Positions 9,787 to 18,655 of a stretch of 64,000 nt of DNA are shown piece by piece. Position 1 is the stretch's first letter, and the number at the start of each line of letters is the position of its first letter. The position numbers and the translations under genes are program-made. A model generated the notes under the pieces. The model saw nothing but the letters and a program-made list of their open reading frames with translations, made no database searches and was not told the DNA's origin. The DNA is from an uncultured Eubacterium sp. (lineage in GTDB: Bacteria > Bacillota > Clostridia > Lachnospirales > Lachnospiraceae), in contig CAJUAU010000004.1 of assembly GCA_910584645.1 (NCBI GenBank), positions 7,333-71,332 of the forward strand. Direction: 5' to 3'.

Positions 9787-10869
9787 TCAGTCATAGTTTT
9801 TTAATGATACATAATAATCTGCAATATAAATCCCTATTACCTGACTGATATCAATGGCTTTCTTAAACTGTCCCACATATTTCTGATACGTCCGCCCTTT
9901 CCTCTCATACTGCCCAATGCTTCCTCCATTTACCAGCCCCTTATCTTCCACATTGGGGCTATCGACAATAACTTCACTTCCATCAAACATTTTAAGGCGA
10001 ATGACAAATCTCGTATCCGTTGTATTCAATGTATCCGTGTCAACTTTCGACACATCAGAGATCAGAGTCAGCCCCAGCGGAAGAAGATCGATCTTTTTTA
10101 TATCTGCTGTCGTTCCAGCAAAAGAATATTTCATATCCTCAGTACCCTTTACAGTGATCTTCTTTGAATTAGTATAAGAAGCAGTAAAAGAGAGACTCCA
10201 CATGCCCTCTACCAGTATCTCCGGCTTATCCTCGTATGGTCCCTCAAGCAGATCTTCAAAAAAGACAGTCACATCTTTTCCCTCCGCAATCTGCTCGTCC
10301 GTTCCAACACTGACAACAAACATTCCCACATTCTTCCTGCCATTCAGAACCTCTAGGAGTTTACATTCTCTTGTTCCCGGCACCAAACTGGAAACATTAT
10401 AGTTTGTCCCCTCGCAAAAACCAAAATAATCAAATGTCATGCCCTGCTTAAATTCCACACTGGGCGGTGCTGTAATCTTTATCACAGCATAAATATTCTG
10501 TGTGTCCATCACCACTTCTTTTAGTTCCATCATTAAATCCGGCTTGCTGACTGCCTCTTTCTTTTCACTCTCTACCCCTGCCTTTTCCAACTCTTCCTCA
10601 CCCATTCCGAAAAAATCCATAATTGTCTGTTTAAAGGTTCCGAGAAAACTGGCTTCTACTACCTCGGCACTGGAAAAACATAAATATCCTGTTATTAGAA
10701 GACAGAGGGCAGCTACAGCAACTGCCACCTTTACAAATGACTTTTTCCGGGGAGGTACAACACAATCTTCCTGAATCGTTTCAAGAATCTCGTCTACTTT
10801 CTTATGATAAGTTTCCGGAACTTGGAATTCTTTTGACAATTTTTTTATTTTCTTATCAAACTTAGCCAT
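9787..10869 (-). CDS. Putative anti-sigma factor / single-pass membrane protein (DUF4179-like)
   Basis: Overlaps the upstream ECF sigma gene by 8 nt. Short cytoplasmic N-terminus, one TM helix (VAVAVAALCLLITGYLCF) and a large extracytoplasmic domain. The call rests on position and topology, not on a motif. Confidence 0.55.
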   Translation of the reverse strand: MAKFDKKIKKLSKEFQVPETYHKKVDEILETIQEDCVVPPRKKSFVKVAVAVAALCLLITGYLCFSSAEVVEASFLGTFKQTIMDFFGMGEEELEKAGVESEKKEAVSKPDLMMELKEVVMDTQNIYAVIKITAPPSVEFKQGMTFDYFGFCEGTNYNVSSLVPGTRECKLLEVLNGRKNVGMFVVSVGTDEQIAEGKDVTVFFEDLLEGPYEDKPEILVEGMWSLSFTASYTNSKKITVKGTEDMKYSFAGTTADIKKIDLLPLGLTLISDVSKVDTDTLNTTDTRFVIRLKMFDGSEVIVDSPNVEDKGLVNGGSIGQYERKGRTYQKYVGQFKKAIDISQVIGIYIADYYVSLKNYD

Positions 10870-11338
10870 TTCTATGCCCCCTTTCCAAAGCCTCTCTGAT
10901 TTCTGCTTTCCCCCTATTCAGCCTGGACTTTACCGTACCAACTGGAATATCCAGCACATCTGATATATCCCGGATCGACAATCCTTCATAGTAAAATGAT
11001 ACAACAACCAAACGATATTCCTCTTTCATGTTCTGCAGAATATCCCACAATTCATCATAATGTGCCACCACCGGTTTCGATAAGGCCTCCACCGCTTCGT
11101 CTCCTGGCAGATATAAGCGCTTTTTCTTTATTTTCAAAGCTTCATTTTTTGTAATAGTCAGTATCCAGGGCTTAAATTTATGGAAAGCACTGATCTGTTC
11201 TATATTCTCATATGCTTTTAAGACCGCATTACTCACAGCATCTTCTGCATCCGTCTCATTTTTCAATATCGCCAATGCCATAATATACAAGTCATCCCTG
11301 TATTTATTGACATTTTCACAAAACTTTTTCGCCTCCAT
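10862..11338 (-). CDS. ECF-type RNA polymerase sigma-70 family factor
   Basis: 158 aa. Region 2-like DAEDAVSNAVLKAY...FKPWILTITKNEAL and region 4 HTH LSIRDISDVLDIPVGTVKSRLNRGK. Confidence 0.85.
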   Translation of the reverse strand: MEAKKFCENVNKYRDDLYIMALAILKNETDAEDAVSNAVLKAYENIEQISAFHKFKPWILTITKNEALKIKKKRLYLPGDEAVEALSKPVVAHYDELWDILQNMKEEYRLVVVSFYYEGLSIRDISDVLDIPVGTVKSRLNRGKAEIREALERGHRNG

Positions 11339-11656
11339 AAATATTTACCTTTCCTCTTCTAGGATTTGTTCCCACTCCTCTAATTTCCCCTCATTATTCT
11401 CCCTCTACATATAAAGATACTTTAAAACTTAAAAAGGTTCCCAGATTTTAATTTTATTATAGTCGTGTTACGACTATTTTTCAACGAAAAACTTTTTCTT
11501 TTTTATAATTATAGGAGAATTGCGATCCATGGTATTCGTTGGGGGCAAAATAACTTTTGCCCTCAACATCATTGTGAAAAATATTTCAGAATTCTTGTAT
11601 CAGATTTTGAAGAAATAACAAATATAAGTTATACGAAACAATAGAGGTGTTTTTAC

Positions 11657-11863
11657 ATGATATTTGAGAATATAAGAAACCTGCGGGAAGACTGCGATAA
11701 AAAACAGCAGGAAGTAGCAGATTACCTGCACATAAAGCAGACGACTTATTCTAAATATGAACTGGGCAAAATAAATATCCCAATAGAAATATTCATAAAA
11801 CTTGCAGATTATTATCATGTATCTGTTGATTATCTGCTGGGACGAACGGATAAAAAGGAATAG
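11657..11863 (+). CDS. XRE-family helix-turn-helix transcriptional regulator (68 aa)
   Basis: IRNLREDCDKKQQEVADYLHIKQTTYSKYELGKINIPIEIFIKLADYYHVSVDYLLGRTD is a classic Cro/C1-type HTH. AGAGGTG RBS upstream. Confidence 0.8.
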   Translation: MIFENIRNLREDCDKKQQEVADYLHIKQTTYSKYELGKINIPIEIFIKLADYYHVSVDYLLGRTDKKE

Positions 11864-11870
11864 CTGCATT

Positions 11871-12845
11871 TTATCCACAATAGTCCTGACAACGATTTTT
11901 TCTGTTGATCCAGGCAACAGAAGCATCCATTGCTGCGCGGCACGCCTTCGTCTGATCCAGTGCATTCAGCATGACAAAATCATGGATCATACCCTGAAAT
12001 CTCATTGCTGTCACATCTACCCCGGCTTCCCGCAGTTTTCTGGTATAGGCCTCCCCTTCATCCCGCAGAACATCCGCTTCACCATTTAGGATCATGGCAT
12101 CCGGAAGCCCCTCCAGCTGCCTGACATCCGCCCTGAGAGGAGATGCTGTGATGTCATTCCTGTCACAGGTTGACATCGTATACTGATCCCAGAACCACTT
12201 CATCCCTTCCCGGTAAAGATAATACCCTTCCGCAAACTGGCGGTAGGAGTCCGTACAAAAACAGGCATTTGTAACGGGATAATATAAGAGCTGTTTTTGA
12301 ATATATGGCCCCTTTCGTTCTTTTGCCATAATTGTCATGGCTATAGCCATATTTCCTCCCACACTGTCCCCAGCCACGGTAAGGGTACACGGGTTCATGC
12401 AAATGTCCATCTTTTCCAGGATGGATGAGAGCCTGCATAACACGTTATAACACTGTTCGATCGCCACTGGATAACGTGCCTCCGGTGAACGGCTGTATTC
12501 CGGAAATACCACGACAGAATCCGTCCTTGCAGCCAGTTCCCTCACCAATTTTTCATGAGTATGAAAACTTCCAAAAACCCACCCTGCGCCGTGGATATAG
12601 AAAATCACATTGGCGGGAGAAGTAATATGTTCTGGGCAAACGACATAGACCGGAATCTCCCCCCGTTTCCCCGTATTTACATCAAGCTTCCTGACATCCG
12701 CCGGATACATACACACCGGCGCATTCTGCGCCTCCTCCAGCACTTCCCGCCCCTTCCATGGCGGCATCTGATAAATCAAAGGCGGTGTACAATTCGCATT
12801 CGCGACCTCCACAGCCTCCGGTTCAAGAGACATTCTATTTTTCAT
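11871..12845 (-). CDS. Alpha/beta hydrolase, esterase/lipase of the HSL-like (abhydrolase_3) type
   Basis: Oxyanion motif HGAGWVFG, nucleophile elbow GDSVGGNMA, and C-terminal D...HDF catalytic residues. Confidence 0.8.
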   Translation of the reverse strand: MKNRMSLEPEAVEVANANCTPPLIYQMPPWKGREVLEEAQNAPVCMYPADVRKLDVNTGKRGEIPVYVVCPEHITSPANVIFYIHGAGWVFGSFHTHEKLVRELAARTDSVVVFPEYSRSPEARYPVAIEQCYNVLCRLSSILEKMDICMNPCTLTVAGDSVGGNMAIAMTIMAKERKGPYIQKQLLYYPVTNACFCTDSYRQFAEGYYLYREGMKWFWDQYTMSTCDRNDITASPLRADVRQLEGLPDAMILNGEADVLRDEGEAYTRKLREAGVDVTAMRFQGMIHDFVMLNALDQTKACRAAMDASVAWINRKNRCQDYCG

Positions 12846-12930
12846 CGTATGATTCCTTTAACAGCTTTCTTACTTCATTTTATTCCACTCCCTGCACACC
12901 GTCACAAAAAATAGCATGGTAATAGGAGCT

Positions 12931-13419
12931 CTATCTCTGAATAACCTCTTTTACCAGCTGCCACGCAATACTGCCTTCCCGGAGAAGAGACAGCGCCTCA
13001 TCAAATTTTACCCATTCAGCAGAATCAACTTCTCCCGACAAGGTAAAATCTGCTTTGTCTACAACAGCCTTATAGCCCAGCATAAGCATCTCTTTCTTGT
13101 CATAGGGGTAACTCTTTATGTATTCCGTTTTCTTTACTGTCAAGCCGATTTCTTCCGCTATCTCACGGACCACCGTGTCCTCCGCCGATTCCCCGATCTT
13201 CATGATCCCGGCAACACAGACATGTTTCGTCTCAGAAACATAATTCTGCCGCAGCAGCGCGACCTCGTCCTGCTCGTTTACAACAGCTGCGATGATACTT
13301 GTCGTAAACATATCCCACAAAGGGACATCACAGTTCACACAAAAAGGGATGAATCCTTCATCCCCAATTTGCTTTTTAATTAATTTATTCCCACAGTGTG
13401 GGCAGTATTGAAATTTCAT
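12931..13419 (-). CDS. NUDIX hydrolase with N-terminal zinc ribbon (NudC-like architecture)
   Basis: CPHCG...CVNC zinc ribbon. Nudix box GIMKIGESAEDTVVREIAEEIGL. Confidence 0.8.
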   Translation of the reverse strand: MKFQYCPHCGNKLIKKQIGDEGFIPFCVNCDVPLWDMFTTSIIAAVVNEQDEVALLRQNYVSETKHVCVAGIMKIGESAEDTVVREIAEEIGLTVKKTEYIKSYPYDKKEMLMLGYKAVVDKADFTLSGEVDSAEWVKFDEALSLLREGSIAWQLVKEVIQR

Positions 13420-13434
13420 GTCATTTCCCTCCTG

Positions 13435-13998
13435 CTAGTAGTCCCTTAGATCATTCCGTTTTTTTACAATTTCTATAAAATCACTCTTCACAATCTCATA
13501 CTTAGAAGGATCCCGCAGGATTGCAGAAGGGTGGTACGTGGCAGTCAATGCACAGTCTTTCCGGTCAATCCAGGTACCATGCTGCCTGGTAATTTTAAAA
13601 TCCGGCGAAATAATCCGCTGCGCAGCAACACGGCCAAGACATACAATGATCTTTGGCTTCAGCAGATACGTCTCATATTTCAGATATGGAAAGCATGCTT
13701 CTTTTTCCTCTCCCTTCGGATCACGGTTGCCCGGAGGATGACATTTCAAAATATTGGTAATGTATATTTCATCTCTATCCAGTCCGCAATCCTGTAACAG
13801 TCTGTCCAATATTTCCCCTGACTTCCCGACAAAGGGAATCCCCTGCTGATCTTCCTGTCCTCCAGGAGCTTCAGCAATCACCATAACATCAGCCTGGTAA
13901 TTTCCACGTCCCATAACAGGCCGATTCCTGGTCTGACTCAATGGACAGCGGGTACAGTTAGAAACGTGCTCTTCAATTTCATTCCATGTAGGTTGCAT
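13435..13998 (-). CDS. Uracil-DNA glycosylase, family 4
   Basis: CTRCPL, VMVIAEAPGGQEDQQGIPFVGKSG and the HPS motif. Start moved to MQPTWNEIEEH (AAAGGAG RBS 5 nt upstream). Confidence 0.85.
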   Translation of the reverse strand: MQPTWNEIEEHVSNCTRCPLSQTRNRPVMGRGNYQADVMVIAEAPGGQEDQQGIPFVGKSGEILDRLLQDCGLDRDEIYITNILKCHPPGNRDPKGEEKEACFPYLKYETYLLKPKIIVCLGRVAAQRIISPDFKITRQHGTWIDRKDCALTATYHPSAILRDPSKYEIVKSDFIEIVKKRNDLRDY

Positions 13999-14067
13999 AA
14001 TGGCTCCTTTGTAACATGTGTTTTTAATTTTTACTTTATTATACACATAAATAAAAGGGGTTGCAAT

Positions 14068-14322
14068 CTTAAGTTATCCTATTTAAAAGACCTTGAGCGG
14101 TTTCGGAATAACCCCAGCTATGAAATCTTTGAGAAGGTAATACACTATTTTAACCTTTCGGCAGATACTGTGATCTATCCAAATAAAAATATAACCGATA
14201 ATACATATCAGCAGATTGAACGTCTCTTAACCCGATGCGACAATGGACAGCTGGAAGTAATACTTGCCACCACCAAAGCATTGTTATCCATGGACGGAGC
14301 TTCCTCAGAACCAGAACAATAA
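14068..14322 (+). pseudogene. Possible remnant of an XRE-type HTH gene (only the C-terminal part of the HTH plus a tail)
   Basis: The frame encodes ...LERFRNNPSYEIFEKVIHYFNLSADTVIYP..., like the turn and third helix of Cro/C1 HTH proteins. No ATG/GTG/TTG start with an RBS exists downstream of the udg start. The only long ORF start (13966) lies inside and antisense to udg. Confidence 0.3.
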
Positions 14323-14389
14323 GTAATATTTTGATCATATAGACCCCCTTTTCTGATCTGGCCCGGCGGCGCTAATCTGAACCCTGTCC

Positions 14390-16390
14390 TCAGACTTTAA
14401 AGGATGCCACCGTCTGATTCAAGAGTTCACTCAGCCGGAACAACTCTTCCATCTTCTCCAGTACTGCATTGGAATTTTCATTGGAACTCTGGGCAGACTG
14501 TTCCATACCCTGCATATACACCGTGATCTCCCCCACCAGGGCAGCGATGGACCGGAGCGACGCATTGATGCCCTCCATGCTGGCGCTCATCTGCCTGGAA
14601 GCAGTCCCCAGATCACCAGAGATCCCACTGTAAAATACAGCATCCTGCTTATACATTCTCGCCAGCTCCGTCATGCTTTGATAGTCCTTCATCACCTTTT
14701 CATTCATAAATTCTAATACTTCCCTGGACCTGCCGGACAGCACCGATACGTTTTGCACCACATCCTCTGTCACCTGCCGGATCTTATCCACAGCTTCTCT
14801 GGAATTGTCCGCCAACTGCCGGATCTCATCTGCCACCACGGCAAATCCCTTCCCCGCTTCTCCGGCTCTCGCCGCCTCAATGGAGGCATTCAGCGCCAGA
14901 AGGTTCGTCTGGGAACTGATGGAAAGGATTTCCTCCGTCAGCGTATCAATGTCCCGTACCCTCTGGCTGTCCGCAATGGCTTTTTCCAGTTCGGTCTTCG
15001 TCTCACTGTAAAGAGAAACCGCTTCTTTCTCCGATCTTTCTGAATCTTCATGCTGCTTTCCAGCGCGGCTCATGATATCACTTGACTGCTCTGCCGCCTC
15101 CCCGGCTTTCTTTGCCACATCTTCAACTAAAATACCTAATTCCTGTCCTGTAACCTTTATATTTTCTGCCAGTTCATTTGCCTCGGTGGTCTGTTTCATC
15201 ACCTGCACCACGGAATTCAGTATGTCAGATATCCCCTGGGTGAGCACTGCCATCTCCGTAGACGTTCCCTCCGCAATGGTTCCTATGCTCTCTGCTTCCT
15301 CTTTCGTATTCAGAATAATGCCCCGGATCTGCTGTTTTACCTCCGACGTCGCCTTGTGGATCTGCTCTGTCTCATCCTTATATTCTTTTGGAATTCCTTT
15401 TTCACTGACTGTATTTTCTGAAAAATCTCCTGAGGCAAACTGCTTTAACATCTGCACCGGCGCCAGCATCCTGCCGATCAGCCCCGCCATAAACACCGTG
15501 ACAAGAGCGATGACCACCAGCGCCACCACGATCGCCACCACAAGCATGGCTGTCAGGGAACCTAAGACATTGGCAGTCGGTACCACCACACCCAGTTTCC
15601 AGCTGCTGCCCTCGATGACTGAGACCGCAAAATAGCATTCCCTGCCATCGTAGTCCTCTCTCTTTACCACACCATGTTCCGTGTCTCCCATTAGATCTGC
15701 CAGTCCCGGCATGATATCCGTCACTTTCACCGCGCTGTCCTCTTTGGGTTCATAATCTTTGTTTTTATGAGCCACATACTGCCCGCTGCTGTCCGCCAGA
15801 AATCCGTATACACCCTCTTCGTAATTAATGCTTCCAGTCAGATCCGTTACAGTACCCAGCGTCACATCCAGACCAATAACTGCTGCCAGTTCTCCTTCTA
15901 TGTAAACAGGTGATGCAATGGTGGTACACATCTGATTGGTGAGTACGTCCCAATAGGGGTCTGTCACAATGGTAGTCTTTTTTTCTGCGGCCTGCTGATA
16001 CCATCCGCGCTGTACCGGATCATATCCATCGGGTATTTCTGCTTCCCGGTTGGACTGGATGAACTCGCTGTCCTTCGTTCCACAGTACAGATTTAACAGC
16101 TCTTCCCTGCCCTCTGAATAGGTATCCAGCACAGACTGGATAAAACCGGTCTCCGAATTTCCCGCCGCCTCAATGCTATTGGCGGCTCCCTCTGCCAGCA
16201 TCTTTTCATTCTCAATCCAGGTATTGATCTCTTCCGCATAGCGGGCAGCATTCAGCTGCACAGCCTCCGTCTGATTCTGGATCAAATGCCTCCCCGCCAC
16301 AATGACAATTCCCACCGTTGTCAGGATGATACTTAAAGCAACAATAAATATTACACTGATCGTCAATTTTCCTTTAATCGTCTTTCTCAT
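14390..16390 (-). CDS. Methyl-accepting chemotaxis protein (Cache-like sensor, HAMP, MCP signalling domain)
   Basis: Conserved signalling hairpin [34 protein letters not shown] and two TM helices flanking a periplasmic domain. Start moved to MRKTIKGKL at 16390 (GGAGAG RBS), which removes the overlap with the kinase gene. Confidence 0.85.
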   Translation of the reverse strand: MRKTIKGKLTISVIFIVALSIILTTVGIVIVAGRHLIQNQTEAVQLNAARYAEEINTWIENEKMLAEGAANSIEAAGNSETGFIQSVLDTYSEGREELLNLYCGTKDSEFIQSNREAEIPDGYDPVQRGWYQQAAEKKTTIVTDPYWDVLTNQMCTTIASPVYIEGELAAVIGLDVTLGTVTDLTGSINYEEGVYGFLADSSGQYVAHKNKDYEPKEDSAVKVTDIMPGLADLMGDTEHGVVKREDYDGRECYFAVSVIEGSSWKLGVVVPTANVLGSLTAMLVVAIVVALVVIALVTVFMAGLIGRMLAPVQMLKQFASGDFSENTVSEKGIPKEYKDETEQIHKATSEVKQQIRGIILNTKEEAESIGTIAEGTSTEMAVLTQGISDILNSVVQVMKQTTEANELAENIKVTGQELGILVEDVAKKAGEAAEQSSDIMSRAGKQHEDSERSEKEAVSLYSETKTELEKAIADSQRVRDIDTLTEEILSISSQTNLLALNASIEAARAGEAGKGFAVVADEIRQLADNSREAVDKIRQVTEDVVQNVSVLSGRSREVLEFMNEKVMKDYQSMTELARMYKQDAVFYSGISGDLGTASRQMSASMEGINASLRSIAALVGEITVYMQGMEQSAQSSNENSNAVLEKMEELFRLSELLNQTVASFKV

Positions 16391-16413
16391 AGCTCTCTCC
16401 ATTTCTATTCGAT

Positions 16414-17709
16414 TCACTGGTCCTGTGGCAGGTTCAACAGGATTCTGGCAATAAACATACCACTTTCTATCGAAAACTCTGCCTCCCCATGATAATAAGA
16501 TACTACCTTTAACACACTGGATATCCCGAGGCCCCGGTCTGACACCGGCACCCCGTTTTTCAATCTTACATCCTCCCCGCAAGTATTCCTGCACTGGACC
16601 ACAATCTTTTTTCCCTTGCAGGCGACCTGAATAAGGATTTTGTTTTCTGGTAAATGGGAAGCCATACAGCCGTGGATCGCATTTTCAAATATATTGGCAA
16701 TGATCACAACCAGATCCGTATCCCGCACAGCAATATCCCCTGGTACCTGAGCCTGCATGGTCACCTCGATATCTTCCTTTTTCGCCCGCCTGGCATAGAC
16801 GGTCAGAATATTGCTGATGGTCTCATTCCCGCAGATACATTCTGGCTCCTGGTTCTCTACATCTTCCTTATACTGCTTCACATAAGCAAGCAGTTTATCG
16901 GTCTCCCCATTCCGGATATATTCTTCGATCAGAAGACAGTGATGGCGGATATCATGCCGGATCCTCGCCGTCTGTTCCTTTGACTCGTTCATCAGCTCCA
17001 GCTGGCGGTGGATAAACCGCTCATTGGTCTCCAGCAGCTCCTTCTCTACATGATAACGCCATTCCTTTCCTCTGTGCAGATAAAGCTGGAACACTGTATA
17101 CTGAATAATACCTGCCATAAAAAACAACAGTACTGTCCTGACCACATGAAACATGGAAAAATCATGCCTTCCCGGCCAGAATGCAGCAATAGCAGCGATC
17201 AGTATCGAGAGGACTACGGTGACACTGCTAAACCAGTCCATCTCCTCCCTCAGATAATCAATCCCCTCCAGAAAACTTCTTCGGACCTTAGAGGCGATCA
17301 GAAAAAGAATCACTACAGTCATTACCAGACGGATTAAAATATCTGCCCACATATCCTCTCCAAACCAGATACGTGAGGCATCAATGCCACAAAACACCGT
17401 CAGGGAAAGCAGATAAAATCCAATCGTCAGTTTATACAATGAGAGATACAGGGTATCCCGGCTCATCTTCACGCAGAAGATTCCCATTATCGGCAGCAAA
17501 AGCATACCGGAAAAACGCACAAAACTATCCTTGTCAGCCAGATACCATAAACTGAAACAGACTACCGCCGCCAGGCCAAACAGGGCATAACACCAAATCG
17601 TTTTTTTCATGGGCATCCTGGGACGATCCAGCAGCAGAAATACTGTCATCATCAGTCCCGCCCCCATAACATTACGCAGGGCTGCCACCCAGATAGAACC
17701 TCCTAACAT
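16414..17709 (-). CDS. Membrane sensor histidine kinase of the GHKL/LytTR-partner (AgrC/VirS-like) type
   Basis: ~6 TM helices, H-box-like [11 protein letters not shown]-box [12 protein letters not shown]-box DRGLGISSV. The start is ambiguous; I chose the ATG at 17709, 5 nt after GGAGGAAGAG. Confidence 0.7.
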   Translation of the reverse strand: MLGGSIWVAALRNVMGAGLMMTVFLLLDRPRMPMKKTIWCYALFGLAAVVCFSLWYLADKDSFVRFSGMLLLPIMGIFCVKMSRDTLYLSLYKLTIGFYLLSLTVFCGIDASRIWFGEDMWADILIRLVMTVVILFLIASKVRRSFLEGIDYLREEMDWFSSVTVVLSILIAAIAAFWPGRHDFSMFHVVRTVLLFFMAGIIQYTVFQLYLHRGKEWRYHVEKELLETNERFIHRQLELMNESKEQTARIRHDIRHHCLLIEEYIRNGETDKLLAYVKQYKEDVENQEPECICGNETISNILTVYARRAKKEDIEVTMQAQVPGDIAVRDTDLVVIIANIFENAIHGCMASHLPENKILIQVACKGKKIVVQCRNTCGEDVRLKNGVPVSDRGLGISSVLKVVSYYHGEAEFSIESGMFIARILLNLPQDQ

Positions 17710-17845
17710 CTCTTCCTCCATTCCAAAATACCAGAATAAAAAACCAGCACTTCTATGTACTGGTTTTATTTTAATAGAAATCAATTTATCTTAAAAGTAC
17801 CATGGTACAAACTGCACTTTTAGGGGAACCATTTGCAGACCGAGA

Positions 17846-18577
17846 TCATTGCCTGTCCTCACAATAATATCCAAAATAACTCTCTCTCAACGGATGGTAT
17901 GATCCTCTTGGAAGATAGATCTTATCCCCATTATCCAGCTGCAGTTCCCTCGTATTCAGGCTGTTTACATGCTCCAGATTGACAATATAGCTCATGCCTG
18001 CCTTTACAAACTCCGGACTGCCGGCAAGCATATCATAAATCTTTGCCATGGTCATCCGCACCTGAAGCTGACTCCCATCCGCCAGGTATATGCACTGGCT
18101 CTTTTTCTGCGCTTCACAAAATACAATATCCGGCACAAACACCTTATGGATCCTGCTTCCCGCCTGCAGCGACAGATATTTTTTCTGTTTCCTGCCCGCC
18201 TTATCAAATATCCTGTCAAGAACGGGAAACAATTCCTTTTCCTGAACCGGCTTAACAAAATACTGGACAGCATCCACACGAAATGCCTCCAGTGCAAAGT
18301 CCTTGGATGTGGTCACAAAAATAATCCGGCACCCGTTTCCCATCCTGCGGAGTTCTTTCACCACATCAATGCCCAGTCTATCCGGCAGATAAATGTCCAT
18401 AAATAACAGATCCGGCACATATTCTTTTTTCTGCACCTTCTGGAGCATTTCTCCCGCATCTGTAAACCTCTGAACGGAAAAATCACATGTTTTATGTTGT
18501 TTTCGGTATGCCTCTAATATATTTTCTTCTTTGTCTAATTCCACTATCTCATCATCACAAAGTGCAATACGATACAT
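17846..18577 (-). CDS. LytR/AlgR-family response regulator (REC + LytTR DNA-binding domain)
   Basis: REC: IALCDDE...DLLFMDIYLPDRLGID...IIFVTT. The C-terminal part IYLADGSQLQVRMTMAKIYDML...FVKAGMSYIVNLEHV is typical of LytTR. Confidence 0.85.
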   Translation of the reverse strand: MYRIALCDDEIVELDKEENILEAYRKQHKTCDFSVQRFTDAGEMLQKVQKKEYVPDLLFMDIYLPDRLGIDVVKELRRMGNGCRIIFVTTSKDFALEAFRVDAVQYFVKPVQEKELFPVLDRIFDKAGRKQKKYLSLQAGSRIHKVFVPDIVFCEAQKKSQCIYLADGSQLQVRMTMAKIYDMLAGSPEFVKAGMSYIVNLEHVNSLNTRELQLDNGDKIYLPRGSYHPLRESYFGYYCEDRQ

Positions 18578-18612
18578 TATCCATACCCCTCTTATTGTGT
18601 TTTACATATAAA

Positions 18613-18641
18613 TATATATCATATTTTTAAAAGAACATCAA
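18613..18641 (-). promoter_or_regulatory. Candidate sigma-A promoter of the LytTR two-component operon
   Basis: On the minus strand: TTGATG, 17 nt, TATATA, with a TGn extension. It lies 15 nt downstream of the stop of the 1,093-aa gene and ~35 nt upstream of the regulator's ATG. Confidence 0.35.
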
Positions 18642-18655
18642 GACATGATACAAAA

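Noticed and set aside
11600-11965. 121-aa minus-strand ORF overlapping the XRE gene
   Set aside because: It is antisense to a textbook HTH gene and lies in AT-rich DNA. The product is a hydrophobic, low-complexity string with no RBS.
16391-16594. N-terminal 68-aa extension of the chemoreceptor ORF, overlapping the kinase gene
   Set aside because: The extension overlaps the 3' end of the kinase CDS and has no RBS. The internal ATG at 16390 has a GGAGAG RBS and begins a normal MCP N-terminus and TM helix.
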